This document shows, in pieces, positions 61,601-64,000 of a stretch of DNA of 64,000 nt (the stretch's first letter is position 1; every line of letters starts with the position of its first letter). The notes below the pieces were generated by a model. The model saw only the letters and a program-made list of their open reading frames with translations, did no database searches and had not been told where the DNA came from. The translations under genes were made by a program, and so were the position numbers. The stretch comes from Candidatus Bilamarchaeum sp. Its GTDB lineage: Archaea > Micrarchaeota > Micrarchaeia > Anstonellales > Bilamarchaeaceae. Location of the stretch: assembly GCA_035455205.1 (NCBI GenBank), contig DATIFM010000024.1, positions 5,959 through 69,958 on the forward strand, given 5' to 3'.

Positions 61601-64000
61601 TTCGTCGATCGGGATTGCCCCGGTCGCGTTCTCGAGGGCGGCGAGCCTGCGGTCGAGGTCATCGAGCCTTGTGGTTATCGCATCGATAGCCTGCTGCCTT
61701 ATCGCCCGGCCCCTGGGATTGCCGTTGTACGCCGCACCGTCATAGTGCGCCCTAAGCTGGGCGATTGCCGCGCGCTGGTCGCGTATCTGCCCGCGAATCT
61801 GGTCGATGTTCTTCTGGCGCAGAGTCCTCGTGATTACGAGCGAGAGCCTTGCCTGGAACGCTTCCACTGCGCGGTTGTATGCTGCCATGTCGCCGCGCTC
61901 TGCCGCCCTCTGGACCCTTTCGCGGAGCTGCTCAAGTGTTGGCGCCGCGTCGCGGCCGCTTCCCCTGAGAACCGTGTCCGATGCCGCATGGTCCCTGTCG
62001 TAGTTCCTGATTTCCTCAAGCGTGACGTACTGCTGGTCCGTGACTCCGGCGGGCATCTCGAGAGGAATCCTTCCCACCGTGTCCGTCCTGCCGCTGATGA
62101 AGGCCGTGCGCCCCATGTACCTGTCGCTGAGCGCGCCGTAGTTCGCAAGGAGCGTCTCGGTGTCCTGTATCCTTGCCGCGCCGTCCTGGAACAGCATCAT
62201 GGCCGACCGCCTCGTCCGCTCGTCGGTGGCGTCTATCTCCAGCCTGATTGCCTGGAGCATGTCTCGCCTCCCGCTCTCGTAGCCCTGGACGCGCGCCGCG
62301 CCCGAGCCTGTGAATATGTCGTACCTCCATCCCTCAGACCTCGCGGCCACGGGCGGCCTTCCGCCGGATGCGGCCTGCGAAGGTGAGGCTATGCCGTAGA
62401 ATTCCCTGACGTATTCAAGGAGGATTATGGCCGCCGGGTAGTCCCCGCGCGATGCCCTCGCCCTCGCCTCTGCAATCGCCCGGTTGACGTCCTCCCTCCC
62501 GAATTCCCTGCGGGTTGCGAACCTCTCGAGCCGCTCGGATTCCCTCGCGACATAGAGGAGCTGGACTGCGTTGTAGCTCTCGGTGAAAACCTCGTATGCG
62601 TTCCTGCCCCCTGCGGTGCCCTCGCCCCCCGAGAGCGCGCGCATGGCGCTGCGCATGCCGTCGAACCCGGGCGCGTCGAGCGAGACGTATTCCCTGCCGC
62701 GCCTCACGCCGAGCCTCTGGACCGATTCGACGAACATGACCGCGAGCGTAAGGACCCTCTGCGCATCCCTGATGTTCCCTTCGCGCGCGAGCGTGTCGGC
62801 CCTCGCCAGCGCATCCTCGACAATCCTCTTGTCGTCGCTGAGCGCCCTGCCCCACGATGATAGCCCTGTGCGGAGCTGGTCCGCCCTGCCGCTCAATGTC
62901 TGGTAGCTCACCGCATTTCCGAATGCGTCGGACGCGTTCTGCCCGTTCCTTTCCTGGTCTATCGCCGCCTCCATCTGCGGGGAGCCCACCGGGTTCCTCC
63001 ACCTCGCCTGCTCCATTATGTCGATATAGACCGCGATCATCTCGATGAGCCTTCTTGCGCCGGCCATGTCGCCGCGCATCGCCCTTTCCCTCGCGACATC
63101 CATCGCGCCGGATATCCTGTCCCTGCGCTCGCGGCTGCCGAGCCTTGCCGTGTCCCTGCGTATCTTGTCCGAGTCGGCGAGAACGGTCGCGAGCTCGAGC
63201 TGGTACGAGAACCGGCTAAGCATCGCCGGCGTGAGCGTAAGCCCTGAAGTTATCGCGGTCCGTATCTCCTGGTAGTTGCCGAGGAAAGACTGCGCGCCGC
63301 CCGTGCTCCCGGCGCTTGCGCGCGTGAGGAGCGCCATGCCGAGCGCCATCCTCGCGAGGCTCACGTTGCCCGCGTCGAGCAGCGTGATTGCCTGCTGGGC
63401 GTACCATTCGGTGGAGTTGTCCGCCACGGTCCTGCCGGTGCCGCGAATCTCCCTCGCGGTAGTCATGAGCGAGTCGAACGTTTCCTGCTCGTTGGCGGGC
63501 CCGCTCCTCCCCGTAAGAATCCTGTACCTCTGCGTGAGCGACTCGATGTCCGAAACTGAAACATCCTGCCTCCTCTCGAGCCTCCGGATCACCGCGTCAA
63601 TCTCGTCCTTGAGCGCCTGCAGCATCCTCCTTGCCTGCTCGTCCCTCTCGGTCCTGATAAGCTCGGCAAGCTCGGTCGTCCACTGCCTGTAGTCCCTCAG
63701 GGTGTTCGCCCTGAACTCGGTGCGGACCTGCGTGCGTATCGTTTCGAGGTTGGCCGTGAACCTGCTGACGGTTTCCTGGTCGGCCCTGTCCTGGTCCTCG
63801 CCGTATTCGCGCCTCGCCCTGGAATCCTGGCCTTTCTGTATGACGAAAGTGAATATCCCGTCCCTCTCGGTGCGTATCCCGGGGTTGTCGGCGTTGTATA
63901 TGTTCGGGTTCTCCACGTAGAGCCTGAGCGCCCCCGTGCCGTTCGCGAACCTGCGCTGGTTGAGTATGAGCCCCTCGAGGGCATCGAACAGCGTCACCAT
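55616..64000 (-). CDS. giant membrane protein D (at least 2794 aa; N-terminus probably outside window)
   Basis: - 8.4-kb uninterrupted frame reaching the window edge.
- Helical ~100-aa repeats at aa ~196-890.
- Gly-rich TM bundle at aa ~1073-1215.
- Pro/Gln-rich linker at aa ~1484-1570.
- Long C-terminal soluble region. Confidence 0.85.
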   Translation of the reverse strand: MVTLFDALEGLILNQRRFANGTGALRLYVENPNIYNADNPGIRTERDGIFTFVIQKGQDSRARREYGEDQDRADQETVSRFTANLETIRTQVRTEFRANTLRDYRQWTTELAELIRTERDEQARRMLQALKDEIDAVIRRLERRQDVSVSDIESLTQRYRILTGRSGPANEQETFDSLMTTAREIRGTGRTVADNSTEWYAQQAITLLDAGNVSLARMALGMALLTRASAGSTGGAQSFLGNYQEIRTAITSGLTLTPAMLSRFSYQLELATVLADSDKIRRDTARLGSRERRDRISGAMDVARERAMRGDMAGARRLIEMIAVYIDIMEQARWRNPVGSPQMEAAIDQERNGQNASDAFGNAVSYQTLSGRADQLRTGLSSWGRALSDDKRIVEDALARADTLAREGNIRDAQRVLTLAVMFVESVQRLGVRRGREYVSLDAPGFDGMRSAMRALSGGEGTAGGRNAYEVFTESYNAVQLLYVARESERLERFATRREFGREDVNRAIAEARARASRGDYPAAIILLEYVREFYGIASPSQAASGGRPPVAARSEGWRYDIFTGSGAARVQGYESGRRDMLQAIRLEIDATDERTRRSAMMLFQDGAARIQDTETLLANYGALSDRYMGRTAFISGRTDTVGRIPLEMPAGVTDQQYVTLEEIRNYDRDHAASDTVLRGSGRDAAPTLEQLRERVQRAAERGDMAAYNRAVEAFQARLSLVITRTLRQKNIDQIRGQIRDQRAAIAQLRAHYDGAAYNGNPRGRAIRQQAIDAITTRLDDLDRRLAALENATGAIPIDEYGQILSDLNRESRIGQTLAYLNQQIDSNEQFRRAVASERSDRAAGIARHLVDAGNHYSNARALLLSGDLEGAYQEYRNAVSQKMEALIFYRAEDSPTIDQVDMGDVVRLVPLPRPRATDISPTGLDLRFFPVLRAQYATQEFEFYRTGSCEVFSQLLTGHRDGFVDADGGRRAVLNTSASSEFTSQRLQDVARALAITEVSTFAAPAGEVRSMLLTDYAPRQREMRAHMRGIVSQGYGGEAGRQLTDGYFQMAERDLEWMRQRYEHDRKVEMYTMIGVGIAAMFIPKIGWAISGAIFTYLAVDRVQMEIRVNGHASTEAWVMLGLTVGTLGLGGLGAGFRVASEVMTAGRLATGFRTAATIANVTNLTIGVGMMGYGTYTGIQALRAGRTEEGILNLGMAAFGGFMMARAGISAYSNYRVQVRARAATIEAAQILENVIPRQVEGQPTVRPTEIPEVAAARGIAEPRSLLRFLRSFARASPAARDMILNSLPRHMRPIIERLAADTSVLNAADELAAGRMPINIRAIDEVLAGAIRGFDMPPPEGPGGGPRGTRPQIDAAGLLNPEGLRGFLSDLLIPDTAAQPALAQRAAARARLSSIRSAHPDAGTVIDALLNNPSLSQELGGGQSTPFTQRATLGAIRTATGRLADIIPPDVVAAEQQAFGQYAAQVDGALALQPEIVPQEVPNPQPQFGGGRMPPIRASGGGEGQGPPPVVVPPVVRPGGEGGDTGAPSPRGSVPRQGPRQQAPPQEAQPQQQPREAPQPAPREMDPNTLLYPGEQGRIPGRLTLWGRSISMRWRQYRAARSARGEATTVPEDFVSTARRGMEDTIGSVAPQGMMDQIAAAAEVSAPANGQAEVGAFVRSAPTRLANIVKGLYETATSRQTPRAQQEIAWRAIIRIMSHPNVRAAFTEMAQGDAQLARVMRGADTALTSAARARGLSTSGLREVLTRQPMGSDEVLLIIEGIEKNVGMRDPTNPRNFLSMRDVRARIDQLESTRIPQLQEQIAAQRRAAQAATGRAQTRAQARVESLESDLATARSQLDGYTSFVRNPANAPLATTQRMLGTSFASGGGTLVGQEILPPGTTYSPETIQAVLRLNETGVVPNDAVVGAYVDTGRAAIGAVRAIPTAENPVVQAMAQGVERSVGAGGTAEDAVLGVLRSEDMFGAVRARYGQRAADSYRQAVLGGSLDDVIARLNQLEIPGETGAGVANFARAARTSLSDHFAVLSALDQRVMTIAGEAMDSAGMVGRQATRTAPQAVAEWWQGSFARRALRGLFYEIPIRGQYRFMQQGREILRNPAMGESALSVGRMGGYGRIGLQMIIWGAEFWALSRYAWPGIREALTGSGTVQQGREEVRRRWGVSISEENARFVREAGNGRTFFDYLPNLFPYTYQPPGNVQDLRRALERNEILIDPSRLDDVLSDGRAMSARLGDINSLLTTSRAGGDGAADATRRLNEILTGFHITRDAVDRLLARKNKTSLDITDMAELRMDDWVARGIALRFRDFVIETFLSDCGISVQRGQGAAGFLSQNTDVFVFLWQGVQQGTIPINYIDDALAVLQRDGVLAGIRSRVTGTTTLDSQLRDTLVREHLFFEVPAGVRGQVEGIRQNSFLGILDVRASQDATFRPVFERILSTYRENQDALRAFNRFNLMEGENGEAIYGDAEALARLIVENPDTALARARERGFVGPRILGDIDRSLLSSTSAAPLVQFVRSHSDDQHGLRQWLTRHRTQIVNLSAIIISLSQNAQASAMSPTDIENYATQQVETFRTSGWWRGPTPAERQQAEEDARRRAGTPGGGPGGQRERSREDLLRDRAVQRNPRQPGFEMAPQDRVEAPADTQVQAPPQLTQEARQFYESDRAAGLGAAIEGRLMRMFQTGATIRNGTVSYSSATSDGGRLSAVFGIPTLDSGNQIVVPPEAISQIDAEIYRFLTSTNPVEVRLRQSWGITVSGTGPTLRVEIPNMRTTGEALQNYIIEYTNRRRQAAQPPR

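Overview
GC-rich archaeal chromosomal segment. Archaeal identity follows from the proteasome beta subunit, aCPSF1 (KH/beta-CASP RNase), PolD small subunit, RNase HII, aTrm56, geranylgeranyl reductase with ferredoxin, and a tRNA-splicing endonuclease.

Bases 1-38,400 are tightly packed housekeeping and metabolic genes:
- an argG-argH cluster with a DUF619-type N-acetyltransferase and an amidinotransferase-fold enzyme
- FolD and two asparagine-synthetase homologues
- HMG-CoA synthase
- a long ThyX-like protein next to a RibD_C/DHFR-like reductase
- PRPP synthase, a phosphohexose(amine) mutase and an ABC-2 exporter
- several lipobox-type surface proteins.

Three tRNA genes (Arg-TCT, Arg-CCT, apparent Ile-TAT) carry 2, 1 and about 3 introns. 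All introns share a ~29-nt palindromic module. A 391-aa three-unit splicing endonuclease lies nearby. I associate this combination with ultrasmall DPANN/Micrarchaeota-like archaea (inference only). A trio of translationally coupled micro-ORFs encoding hyper-acidic Trp-containing peptides sits upstream of the first tRNA.

Bases 38,452-64,000 are the most unusual part, an island made almost entirely of giant ORFs:
- A, 1698 aa
- B, 2800 aa
- C, 790 aa, with an embedded SGNH/GDSL hydrolase core
- D, at least 2794 aa, running off the window, with a central TM bundle
- two ~140-aa paralogues with a SecB-like sequence pattern.

A and B are paralogues. They share a long leader ending in AMA, family-specific helical modules and repeats, and C-terminal beta-rich regions ending in an aromatic residue, reminiscent of bacterial outer-membrane barrels. 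I could not assign the island to any described system from sequence alone.

No rRNA, CRISPR array, transposase or integrase was seen. Many long antisense shadow ORFs in the track are GC artefacts.
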